NCBI GenBank assembly: GCA_002633005.1
Contig: NMRA01000119.1
Coordinates: forward strand, 62,001-126,000
Direction of reading: 5' to 3'
Source of the DNA: Phoronis australis
Taxonomy: Eukaryota > Animalia > Phoronida
DNA length: 64,000 nucleotides
Positions 36,117 through 48,517 of this stretch are shown piece by piece (position 1 is the stretch's first letter; every line of letters starts with the position of its first letter). The notes beneath the pieces are model-generated. The model saw nothing but the letters and a program-made list of their open reading frames with translations, did not search any database and had not been told where the DNA came from. Made by a program: the position numbers and the translations under genes.

Positions 36117-38844
36117 CAGTTAGCATGAAAATCATCATAAGAAAACGACAAGATTCGGCTCACTAGGCGGCGTCGGGTCAATGAGGCAAAACTAGTAGTC
36201 ACGCCCACTTAATTATTAGCCATGGTACATTAGACGCACACCATCACAAAGCCTCTAACTGTTGTCAAGGTGTGATCAGCTTATCTTGTTTCCACTGAGA
36301 TGAATATGGCGGGCTACACGCTCTTCGACACAGCTTTTTCACACTCAGTGTCGCGTCCAGTAAAAACGATAATATGGTTTTGCATGATTTTCTCCATGTC
36401 AAAAATGGTCCCCGATTTCATTGTAAAAAGTTACCAATATCTATTAAATTAGTAATTAGTCTTATTTATAATTACGTTTTATGACGGGCCAGAGCAGCAG
36501 CAGCATGCATGTAGGCCTATATGTCACAAACTCAATTTCCGGACCGCTGAGTGCATATTGCCTAGCTGTGATTTTGGGTTTACGTCCACCAGTACTGGTA
36601 GCGTCATGACTTCGGTACCGAGGGAGGGGGGACGGTCCTACTTCAGTATAGTTTTGTGAATTCGGGAAAATCAAAAAACATGCCACCCAATCGGAGAATA
36701 TGGTTCTAAAAGGGGATAGCTTTAGTGAGCGGCCGTGGAAAAGGTGAAACTTTTTTCACCATGTCGTAAGGGTAATGGAAAAAATATCACTGTACGCAGA
36801 TGCAGGCCCATATAGTAACTTAAGAAATATTAGGAGAACACGCTGACGAATTTTACTTCGCCTTACTTTTGCCACCAGTGTCCGGCAAATTTCAGATTCC
36901 TCCCTATCGCAATTTCTGCCTTGCCCCTCCCCCCGCGGCCCCCCTCGCTGGATTAGTAATCAACCGAATTTCGCAACCCGTCACCATGAGGGTGTTAGCT
37001 TTGCTTTTTGGCTAATTGAAAGGCAAACCCCGGAGAGGTAGAGTCACCAGAAACTAAATTGCGTCCCCGTCTGTTAACAAAATTTTACAAGGAAGAAGCC
37101 ATTGCGATCATTATGCGTTTAGGGTGTCATATTGACCTTTAGGATCCCAAAAAGATACGCTTCAGTCCAAAAGCACTCCTGGGCCCAGACGTAAATTACG
37201 AAGCGTCTTACGCACTCTGCGAAATCAGGAGAAATGACAGGACCAGAAATAGCATCACTTTGGAATTAAGTAGACGGAACATCATGTCGGAGTCTTCAGT
37301 CGGAGAATGAAAACTAGGCCTCATGTCAATCACTTTATTGATGTCCACTAGGAAAGTTCATTTTATTAAGGTCATGCTTTGAAAGTACACTTTGAAAAGA
37401 TGCAGTTTCGGGTGTTTATGATGCACTGCCTTTGGGGTGGTCTAAAATCCCTTGCTGGGGGGTCTTAGGATTCCCGCAAAGGTCGAATCCGAGGCGCGTG
37501 GCGCCGAGCGGGGGGAGGTCGCCGAGGGGGTTTCTCCCCTCCCGTGTAAGACAATTGTTGTGTTTTTGTAGCCAAATAGTGAAATTTCCATGCATCCTGG
37601 TAAGTTTCTGACACTTAACATGTCTCTTGAGTTTTCTTAAGATAATTTAAAACCCTTCTCGATTTTGTCCCATGAACGTGGCTCATAAGTTTCGTGAAAC
37701 CATATTTGTGCACATCTGGGTATGAGTCACGCTACTAGCAAAAATTTTTGTTGGAACATCTGCTTACACACACCTTTTTAGCATACGAAAAGTCGTATAT
37801 GAAAAGTGTGGTGTGTGTTTGGGGTTTAGACAACTACCAAATATTCAAGAGCATAAGGAGCACCGACGGGGCGTAAAAATTGAATATCAGATGATCGCGT
37901 AACAGCAGCCTCAAGTTGTTTAAGAATGAAGACTTGTACTGTTAGTCCGGAAATAAACTTGTGTTCTGTCTCGTTACGAGAAAAACTGGCGAACGATGGT
38001 GCTCTCAGCTCACAGTCTATTATTTAACAGCGACAATAAACAATTAAGTATCACTTTATTAAGCTGAATCACGTTGACAACAATTGTAAAACGTCAAATG
38101 TATCAAGAAACAAATCATCTGAAAACAGTTTCACGAAACCAGAACATTCTGTACACCGTGGTGAAAAGGTATACAGGACCACATGAGTTCGCAGAGGGAC
38201 CAGATGTACACTGAGAGTACACAAAAAGGCTGGCCTGGTCCGTCACGAGACCAAAAGTACACCTCTGCTTATTATCCCTTCAAAAATAGTCGATCTGCCG
38301 CGGGACCAAACAGTACTGGCTGAGATAAATAGTTTTACAAAAGCACACTTTGGTAAAAAAACTCACAAGACTAGTTCGCTGAGGGATCAGAAGTACACTG
38401 AAACTCAATATCTACACAAATCAAGCTGGCCTGATCCGTCGCGAGACCTAAAGTGTACTATGCAAAAAATTTTGAATTGAAAACTTCTCTCTAGACACTT
38501 TTTAATGCCCAGTGGTAGCTCATACGTGTATTTTATACATCTGGTCGTCAACTGCTACGAGAGGTTGTTTAAGAAGGGTTTTCACACCGTTCTGTAGTAC
38601 TCACTGGAAGAAACAAGTATTGAGTACAAATTTAACTACGCACTACGTGAAATAGATTTTGGATATGAAGCACATAGAGCCAAGTGGAAATACAAACCAG
38701 AATCAGTTTCTGTGCGCTCGTAGACCCTCTGCTGTACTGGGTAAATTTGACATGACCAAAAATATTTTCTATTTCGTTTTCATTGTACACAAGCATAAAA
38801 AACCGACATTATGTACAAACTGTATAGAGTTATAACTTATTACG

Positions 38845-39120
38845 TGGTGTTTCTCCAGGAAAGTTAGTCCTATCTTGCTGTTGTCTGGACTGCCGAGGAA
38901 TCTGTATATCGGATCCAATGGTTTGCTTGTCTTGGAACCATTCTACCCAGACATCTTCGATGTTTGTTCCCAACGCTTGCACTTCGTCAACTGCTGTGTC
39001 AAAGAGCTTATAAGCCTCTACAATGTCAGCATCTCGTTTGGCAGCTCAGTTGGCACTAAGCCCCCTGAGGTTGCCAAGTCCATTCAAAAGACTTACATGC
39101 GTAACTAAAATTAATTTGAT
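38845..39120 (-). mobile_element. Remnant of a P52rIPK/ZMYM1-like hAT transposase
   Basis: Manual - strand translation LRGLSAN*AAKRDADIVEAYKLFDTAVDEVQALGTNIEDVWVEWFQD..IQIPRQSRQQQDRTNFPGETP resembles the helical C-terminal region of this hAT group; contains a stop. Confidence 0.55.
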
Positions 39121-41512
39121 CCGTTCGTCATGAATTATTTCAAACCTAGAAGATGTATCCCAGGACCTATTTGCATCTCTTGCAATTTTCGGAATACACG
39201 TCCCAATGTCTGAACGCTTGAAACCCCAAGTACTAACATCAAATAAATACCCATGGGCATGGGCGTTTCATCGGGTGGGCCTTTCTGCGGAAATTCCCAG
39301 TATAGAAGACAGCAGTGGTGTTTATTGCAGGTAGAAAGACGGTAGGTGTTGAGGTTGGAACTAGGGCTCCTTACGAGGCCTATTGAACATCAAACGAGTC
39401 CCGCAAGACTTTTGCTGTGAAAATACAGCCTCCCTGCAATTTCTGGTACTGTGCGAATTCGGTCACTTTGTCAATGTGAGTGCCCCCTTGGTCATTCTTT
39501 GAATAGACATAACTTGTTAGAGTGCATCTTCAAACGGACTCGCGACCAGACCACGGCGCCCACGACAATAGCAATTCTTCGGAAAACGAGTTCTTTTCAA
39601 AAATATTACATGTACATGTACACTGTATGATAATGGGCAAGACAACTTTACTATACACCAGTCAAATTCGAGTTACAAACGTGTGGAGAATAATAAAATG
39701 ACACGGCATGACAGATGAGGAAAAAACGATGCACGTCAATTCGCCTGAATATCAGGGTTGCGGCACCGCAGTATTTCCCCTGATTAAATTAAAACATATC
39801 TTAGAGTAAAGAAGCTAGGTAGTATAGAGCTGCCCTTTCAGCGGTGGATCCATCTAAACCGCTTGGCTACTTCAGAAGTGTCGACGGAAGCGCGCGCACA
39901 ATTGATCTCCGCGCGTTTTGCCGATGAGCCACGAAGAATCGAAATGCGTTGATTTTCATAACAGCAATTCCAAATGCAAAAAATGTATTTTCAGAGTGAA
40001 CCACCCCCTTAATGTTTTCCAAGTTGGTTTGCTTGGGGTTTTCACACGCTGACGGTGTCGTTTTTGTTTTGCTGAAGACGTTTTTGTTTTTTTATTTTTG
40101 AGTCCTGGCCCAAGGGGTGAGGGCTTAAAACCCCTGAACCCCCCGTAAATCCGCCACTGAAATGAAGTTTTTTTCTTTTTTATGAATAAAGTCGAATGGG
40201 TTGTGCAGTATTTTTATTTCACTGTACTTTTTCAAAAAAAGGAAAATCTACATGAGACGAGGAAAATGATCCCTTGCGAAGGTGAATACTAAATAAGAGA
40301 ACATTGAATTTCATTACAACTTGGAGCAGTGAATTTCTACGCATGTGTTTTGTTCAGTAATTTTACTTAGGAGGTGTCAGGTTTAATTTGCTCAACATTT
40401 TTCCATGTCCAAAAGCCATTTGAAAGCCAAGAGACGAGGTGATTTGAGACAATTATTTTTATATCCGAAATAATTTATTCATTCAAGCGCTTCGTATATA
40501 CGCTTAGGCTCATTTGCCTAATCGCCTGTAGGTGTAGGCGGGTCGTATCCTTTGTACAGGCGCATGCCTCGTTGTGGATGCAGGCACATCCGTTGTCCTA
40601 GGCGACAAGCGTATAATCGTGCCCGTGCGAAACACTTCTACGCGACTTCGTTTGTCGGCTTCAGCGCATGTCCTACATTATAAGTCAGGTAAGACGTTCT
40701 CCCTTGGGAAGTTTTATGTGATTTGTAGGAATAATAGGTAAAAAACTTCATTGACAAAATGATGCAAAATTATTCTTCATGTTTTCATATTTTTAAGCGA
40801 TGAACAAAACTAATATGTTATTAACTGAAGCGGATTTAAATATTGGATAATGTTCAGAAGGGAGTTAATGTATTGTTTGATTGACTTCAACCATTTAATT
40901 GGCCTATCCAGTAAAAACAAAGTAAACGCCAACAATTTTCAACTGAAAAATCAAATATGTTTAAAATTACTGGCACAATCTATAATGCATGTACATGCAT
41001 CACATCTAGACGTGTTGTGCGAGTGTATGTTGTTTGCTAGATTCGTCACTACATTCCACCAGCCACGTAGGGAAACCGCCCGAAATTCGTGATTTTTTTT
41101 TTTCAACTGATTATAACTGCAGTCACATTCATTATCTTAGTCACAATTTGATGCCGAGGCTTATACTCCTTATAGCCTATCTGTCTGACAACTACGTTCG
41201 GAGCAATGGTACAACACTAAACAACTTTTCTCCATCAAATACACTTACACGTTGGAGAAACCTTCATGAAATCTCCATTTCTGTGATGGATCGAAGCACG
41301 ATTCTTCAAAACGGGCTGAGCACAGCGTGGCCCCTGAACTGATTGCTTGTAACAATGTGTACTGTCATACCCGTGTTCCACGCACGAATCTGCTATTTCG
41401 GGGCTATCTTAGGGTCTAATGAAAACAAAAAAACTGAAATATTTTCTGTCCTATTGCTATTACTGTATCCTCCACACAAGCAGCTTTTCATAATACTGAG
41501 TCGAACTCAGGT

Positions 41513-41583
41513 ACATGGGCGATGCACCACAGGGGTCTGAGGGGGCTTTAGCCTCCACTATTTTCAGTGCTGCGCCGCCCATG
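41513..41583. mobile_element. ~70-bp mini-MITE (CATGGGCG...CGCCCATG)
   Basis: Short TIRs; a second copy at about 47566-47634 is inserted in the Kolobok KolX remnant. Confidence 0.55.
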
Positions 41584-42689
41584 TTTTGAGACTACCATAT
41601 ATGGCTTGTTGCTGGAGTAAGTGAACTCCATGGCGGAGACGGATCCACTGATGATGTCACAGAAATTTATTTTTTGTGTTTATTTTTTGACTGAAAGTAC
41701 AAAAATTGTTGCTAACCAAATTCAAGCATTTATGACCATGGTGTGAAAGTTTTAAAGCATACCTTGAGTAGTTTCATCGTACTATCATGATTCCGTGAAC
41801 CCAATATCCTGACAGCCCGTTGTTCGGACGAGCCATTGTTTCGACAGAAATATAGTCTGACAGATTACGCAATAAGTTCAAACAAGGCCTCATCTCTGAA
41901 TTGTGTTGTATACCGGTACGTTGTTGATGATTTTTATGCTTACTTATTTAATGCATAAACCTCATGGGAGATCATTTTAAAAACCACATGATATAACTGA
42001 AGCAAAAGTTGCACTGACTTTCTCTCCTTGCTTTTTGGCAGAATTCTTTGCAAATGATACAAAATCTCTGACCTGCAACACCTAAACTCTGGCAGACGTG
42101 TATTTTGCATTTTTCCGTAGTTTCATCGTAGTCCACAAAGCTTTGTGGAAGAAATATAATTATCGCTCTGGAAAGTTCATTGTCACAAGTTACTTTAGAC
42201 GCATGGCTGGTCACTGAGTTGTTTAATAAAAGTTTGTGATGTTCATATTGTTTAATAGCGTTCCAACAGTGCTGTAGTGGGGCGTACGCGCACGTAGGCG
42301 CAGCCAACCTCCTCTACATTTTAAGGTAGCGCCTAAACGCGCCGTACGTGACGGTTAAGTGGGGCGTAGTATTGATGTTCTAGCCCGTATTGGAATATAT
42401 TTTACGATTGCATTTAAAACAATAAATTGAATACAAAATTTAGTTTTCATGAAATCGAGGTTTCCTTTCATAGTTTTAATATAGTACAGATACTCACAAC
42501 GTCGTGTCGCTAATAAATCTTCAATCTTTTTACAAGGTTGACGAGTCTAAATTCAAAATGGCGGCGATTACGTGTAGTAGGATTGCAAGAATTATTTTGA
42601 AAATTTAGCTTCAAATAGAACATTTTCGATGAATTTGAATATTGCTGTATACGAATAGATCAGGTCAAAATATGTTGCTACGTTTCCAC

Positions 42690-43590
42690 GTATTTTCCAC
42701 CAACTTTGAAGACCTACTGTTGCCGATTCCAATACGGTACACACTCTCGACAGTGGGCCCCCGGAATCGCTCGGCGATCACACTTTCGGCTTCAAAATGA
42801 CGCGAATGCAAGCTCCCAACATGTAAATATTTGTGTCAGCCAAAGTAAAATTTATATTAAATATTGTGAAATGGTCTGATCATATTTCGAAAGAGGCATT
42901 TTGTTTTTTCGACACTTTGGGCTGTCCCAATCACCGTCCCAGGGATTCCCATGCGGGCCCGCATTGGAATGTGTGCTAATTAGTCGATTAAACCGTTTCA
43001 AAGGAAACAATTTCGAACCATTTGCATATAAATTCATTTGAAATGGCCAAATAATGTCTTTCCTTGAACTTTTGCGTATTTTCTACCAACTTTAAAGTTC
43101 TAATGTCGCCGATTCCAATACGGGACACACTCTCGACATCCGGCCCGTATTGGAATCTCAGCCATCAAACTTTCGGCTTCAAAGTGACGCGAATGCAAGC
43201 TCCCAACATGTAAATATTTTTGTCAGCCAAAGTACAATTTATATTAAACATTGTGAAATTGTCTGATCATAATTCGAAAGAGGCATTTTGTTTTTTTCGA
43301 CACTCAAGGCGGTCCCTATCACCGTCGGCAGGGATTCCCATACGGGCCCGTATTGGAATGTGTGTTAATTAGTCGATTAAAATGTTTCAAAGGAAACAAT
43401 TTCGAACCATTTGCATATAAATTGATTTGAAATGACTAACTAATGTCTTTCCTTGAACTTCTGCGTATTTTCCACCAACTTTAAAGGCCTACTGTTGCCG
43501 ATTCCAATACGGGACACACTCACTACAGCCAGCCCGTATTGGAATGTGTGCTAATTAGTCGATTAAAGCGTTCCAAAAGTAACAATTTGA
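42690..43590. repeat. Tandem repeat, ~385-bp unit, about 2.3 copies, with internal inverted motifs
   Basis: GCCGATTCCAATACGG at about 42723, 43108 and 43497; ATTCCAATACGGG / CCCGTATTGGAAT inverted pairs within the units. Confidence 0.85.
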
Positions 43591-46500
43591 ACAGAACTTT
43601 GCAATTGAAAAATTCACGATAACAAATTACTTTAACAGCCTTTACTCATTTTTGATTGTTTCAATGTGACAAATTCCGAAAATGTCAATACAATTTTCTG
43701 GATAAGTTTGAATCATGATGACTATACATTACAAAACATTGCCTTAACATGCTTCAAGGTATCATTTGTCTTCAGCATTTGTGGAGACATCCACTGGTGA
43801 CTCTAGTACCGTGCGCACCTGCAAGGGTTTTCCGTTTTAAGATATTTTAATATTTTAAAAACCCTCTTTTTGCAATTTCAACCAATCATATTCATTCTTC
43901 CTGCTAATGGAGGATTGGGCTCGCACTTGAGTGAGGAGGGTGGATTCAACAGAAAACACAAAATGATTCTTAGACAGTGGACTGTCCTCACTGTTGTTGT
44001 GTATGTGACCTAAAGCATTACTAATGCTTGGCGGTTGAAGATGCTTAGCAAGGGTTCCTAATTTTATCTTAACTTTTGAGCATTGGTGAGTCACAGGGCA
44101 CTATTTGTTATTTTAGAGTGCAATATGAGAAGTGTGTTAATATCCCAGTTTAGGAGCCTTTTAAATAACACGCTTCATTGTCCTGAACATGTGCATTGCA
44201 TTTGCTCATCATTAGCGTGACAAAAGGAATATAGCTGTGGTTCGTAGACATTCTTATTATTAAACTTCCAGATGTACATTAGAAGCAAAACCAGAAATTC
44301 ATCTGCCATGCCTTTGACTTGAAGATTCCCAGTCTGCAATTCTAGCCAATATTCTGAAAGATAATGAAACTTTATGTGGTCAAAAGGTATCAAGAAAACT
44401 CAATATGTTGACATCAGAGGGCTTTAGATTTCATGGAAACTTTTTAGATTATCAGCGCCTTCCTTTCCTCAATCACTGGTTGAATCTCCAGTCTTCTCAT
44501 CTCATTACGCATGCTAAAGAAAACAGATTCAGTATTTCATGTTCCAGAGAGTGCATTACAGTATTTTGAATACAAATTCACTGCCAAGTCTTGCAATTGG
44601 AAATCTTTGTTTAGAAAGCAGGTAGTGAATGAACTTAAGTCTATTTAAATGTTAAGTTTTTGAGTTAACAAATTCAAGCATGATATTACAATCAAGGGGT
44701 TTCGTACCTTGAAGTCAAGCGGGTTGTCCACCAGGAAGTCATAAGTGTTATGCACCTTGAAGTCAAGTTACGCCTCGACAGCACTGGAGTCTCTGTCAAT
44801 GCCTTATCTGGAATAACATATGTTACAGAGAAATATATTGTTGCAATCATAGATAAATGTTGAAGTGGAAATAAGTGTTCAAGACTACTGCAATGAATGT
44901 AGAGTCTGATCTAGGATAATATGTTAGGAGTCCACTTTTTATTTTGTCCCACCATAGGTTATAGACAACAGATTCACGACTTCGACATTTACTCACAAGA
45001 TATCCCAGAGGAAGCACCACCCTCTCAACATAGAAAACTCAGGTTCCCGTTAGTGTATTGTGGCGGGAAATTCTATTTTTTCTGTCTACTACAATGAAAA
45101 AAATCAGCCCTGAAATGCTGTTCTCATTTCTGGCGGCACCGACAACATGGCGAGTTTTGCTGAACTGAAAGGCATGTTCAATCGGCTACTTTGTAATTTG
45201 TGAAGATTAAACGTTGATACATTTTGACAAACGTTGCTACAAAAAAGGAACTTCGTTCAATTTTCGTGTTTTTTGTGCAAAAATATAAGATATATTCAAA
45301 TTATTTTACTGTGAATTTCCCATTCAGGTGATCTTACACTAAGCTTAAAAAATAGTTGAAACAATTTTGAAATGGTTTTTGTTTGACTGTCAACTGCTGT
45401 TCAAGGCTTGATTCGGTGTCACGAAATGATACAAATTTTTCTAAATTTCGTTTGAGCAAGCGCTGTGGCCAGCGACCAGTTAATCCTAAGGGTAGCCTTG
45501 GCGCAAAGCTGTATAGGCCTAAATGTGCTAACGAGCTGTATTTTGACGATTCATAGTCTTCACTGGTAGCTGGCACTGAGGCTAGGTAAGGTCTGCCGCG
45601 GCAGTGTGACACAGGTCTAACCAGCCCATAATTTCATGCAAGTGTCTGAAACTATCTTTGAATATATACGGCATTTATGATTTGAGCATTTTACTGCGAC
45701 AAAACAGCTCGCAACCGCATGCATTTACCGTTCGCCAGTGTCTGGTCTCGATCGGCACCGGGTCCGATACGCTGCGGTCCCGAGTATGGCAAAATAATTT
45801 CTGTCAAATTTTATTCGCCACATTTCTTCAGCAAATTCGATAAAGTTGTCCGTATTTTGACAGTGGCGGATCTAGGATATCACAAGGGGGGGGCCCAACT
45901 TTTTGTCCGGCTGTAAGCATTTGCGCAAACTGATGCGCATAGCACCGAAGTGGGGGAGGTCGCCCAAGAAATTTTTCTGTTTGCACCTCTAAAAATCAAG
46001 CATTTTCCTTGATTCCTGAAGACAAAAAAGAAAAAAAAACGGAGAACGTGTCGAACAGAAAAAAACTGCAAGAACGTAACACTCAAACTCACGACCTGGC
46101 GGATAGAGCGCGCGTGCGTTACCACTACACCACCACAACTTAACTACTGAACTCTTGCTAAGAGACCTACTTATTTATGGTCCACAGCGTTTGCGCGCGA
46201 AACCTACTTCTTTTTGTAATGCTTATTACACGTTTTATTTTTTTGTGCCATCAATCCTTACCAAATTTGTCCTATTTAAAATAGTCTTCAAATGCTCAAA
46301 AGACCAAATCCGTTTTTCGTGTTGGCAATAATGACGGGATTGCTTTGGAAATCGTCTTAAGATAAGGTTTGACAAAGAGAGCATTGCGAGTTTCTGAGTG
46401 ATTCACTAAGGCTTCGATTAAAATTCACATCTTACCAGCAGCTTTTGTTTTTTCATCGTCACTCAGGTTCCATTTTCTTTAAAAAATGAAGTAAATTTTC

Positions 46501-47421
46501 TTCATTGCACAGTGGAGCAGACGACGAAAACGGNTTCGCGACAAGTTCAAAATGGCGGTGGTTCTTCGGGTGCGAATCGTGAGTGGCGCGTTCATTTAAA
46601 CTTTTTTCGAGTACGAATTGTGTTTTAGTTATGGGGTAGGTACTTCTTGGATCCTTATAACATCCTCTAACCATGTAATAAGGGTTAACAACGCGTGCGA
46701 CCAGGTCTTTAAAATGAAACGTCTCACGGAGTATGTAAACTGCTGCTGAAGTGCGAGACTGGCTTTTGAGTAGGAATGGAGGTTATTTCTGGAGTATTAA
46801 TATGAGCTTCACTTAAGAAGTTTACGTTTTACGAGCGTTCAATTAATTGAAACCCGGATGTGAGTTGGACAAAATCGCCAATCCAAATCCCGACACAATG
46901 GCCGTGATTAACAAACGACGTACATGTACTTGCGGGAAGTAAAGTATGCTATGTCTGCCAAGTGTCGCTAGTGAATAAATGACATCACAGCGCATGCGTA
47001 AGATCACGGATTTCGTCCATTGAAAATATACAGAGTTGGCGGTCCACTATAGTCCATGGTCCCACCTCCCCTAAATCCGGCAGTACAATGATCAACAATG
47101 CTAAGCAACATGAGAATTATCACAAACAAAAGAAAGAAATAACTTCAGAGTTATTTTTCAAGTTTTTGATTGAGGCACAGCTCGAAATATAACCTCCACA
47201 AAATTGAAGCTTAAAACAATTGGATTTACAACTCTGCACTTACCAGTATTTGGTGGCAGCTCAACAGTGCATAACGGTATCGCATCACGGTGTCCACCAC
47301 CTGCCTGGTATAAGGTCCCATTACTAAAAGAAAATGCAGCAAAATCATTACAGCTATCAAATACATATTATATTATTTATTCCTATTTGTATTTTTTTAG
47401 CTGCTTCCACAGTAGGCTTAA

Positions 47422-48517
47422 AGGTGAAGGGAACCTTTTTTCATGTCATTTTTAGTAAAAATAAGGTTCGTTGGTTATACAATACATATTTTTCAGTTAA
47501 TTACTGTACAGCTTGTCATCGGCAACCCATCTCACAGTGACCATAGCAATGTGAGCAATATTGTTCATGGGCGGTTCACTACACAGGGGGCGGGGGTTTC
47601 AGCCCCCACTTTTTTCAGTGCTGTGCCACCCATGTCATAGCAGTGGTGACGAGGATTTTTTCACGGACGGTCAGTGGGTGGGTATTGTAATAGTATTGCA
47701 CTGTTCTTTGTAGACTTTACCAGTACCTATGGACTATCACGTAACATTCTATGCTTTAATCCTGTACTAGAGAGCTTCCTCCCTCTTCTTCCAGTCCGAT
47801 CCATATTGGAATAAACCATAGCGCACGGCGAATTAGTGCTAGTTCCCCGAATTGCACGCTCTTGGGTATTTTCGGAGGCACAGGTGACTAGATGAAGTGC
47901 CTCCAGTCACTATAGTGACCACAGCTCGCAAGGCTTCTCGTTTCAAAAATGCACTTCTCGGGGGTGGCGACGGTGCACTGTCGGGATTCAACAGCGAGGG
48001 TAGGGCACCCTTCTTCAGGCGTTGTTTTGCAGGTACCTTCATCAATTCAGCTACATATCTCTTTCGTAATGCGGTGTCATACTCGGTAATTCTCTTCTGC
48101 TTTGTACGTTGCGTGGACGGGTAACCCTGCATTCTTCAGACGAACAAGCTAAGTGTGGCGAAGCGTGTCATCTTTTGGAAAGTGGTGTAATGGTACACCC
48201 AGAGTGTGCGAGACGATAATGAGTACATCCCGGTATGCATTAACTGTGTGGCATGTTGACTGACTCGTAAACAAAAGTAAACAACGATCGAACTAATCAC
48301 AACCGAGATAGAACAATGACTGACTCAACAATTCTTACAATCAGACTACAAGAAAACAAGTGGCGCATAATTCTGGACTCCCTAAACGTAACTTCCGGAG
48401 TAGGGAACGAGTAATTAATAAAATTACGAAAAGCTGTGATTAACTGAAAAATATGTCTGGTACAATCAACGAGCCTTATTTTTTCTAAAAATGGCATGAA
48501 AAATATTGCCTTTGTCT
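47422..48517. mobile_element. Second, more decayed Kolobok element of the same family
   Basis: TTAA at 47418-47421 and 48518-48521; ends homologous to the TIRs of the 59156 copy; THAP remnant (AELMKVPAKQRLKKGALPS) and KolX 5' remnant. Confidence 0.82.

Noticed and set aside
36008-36208. 66-aa ORF with THTHTH repeats
   Set aside because: Translation of the GT microsatellite.
38140-38465. CRISPR-like spaced repeats (GGACCA...GTACAC)
   Set aside because: The repeats are degenerate with related spacers, in a eukaryotic context without cas genes; more likely subterminal repeats of the adjacent hAT remnant.
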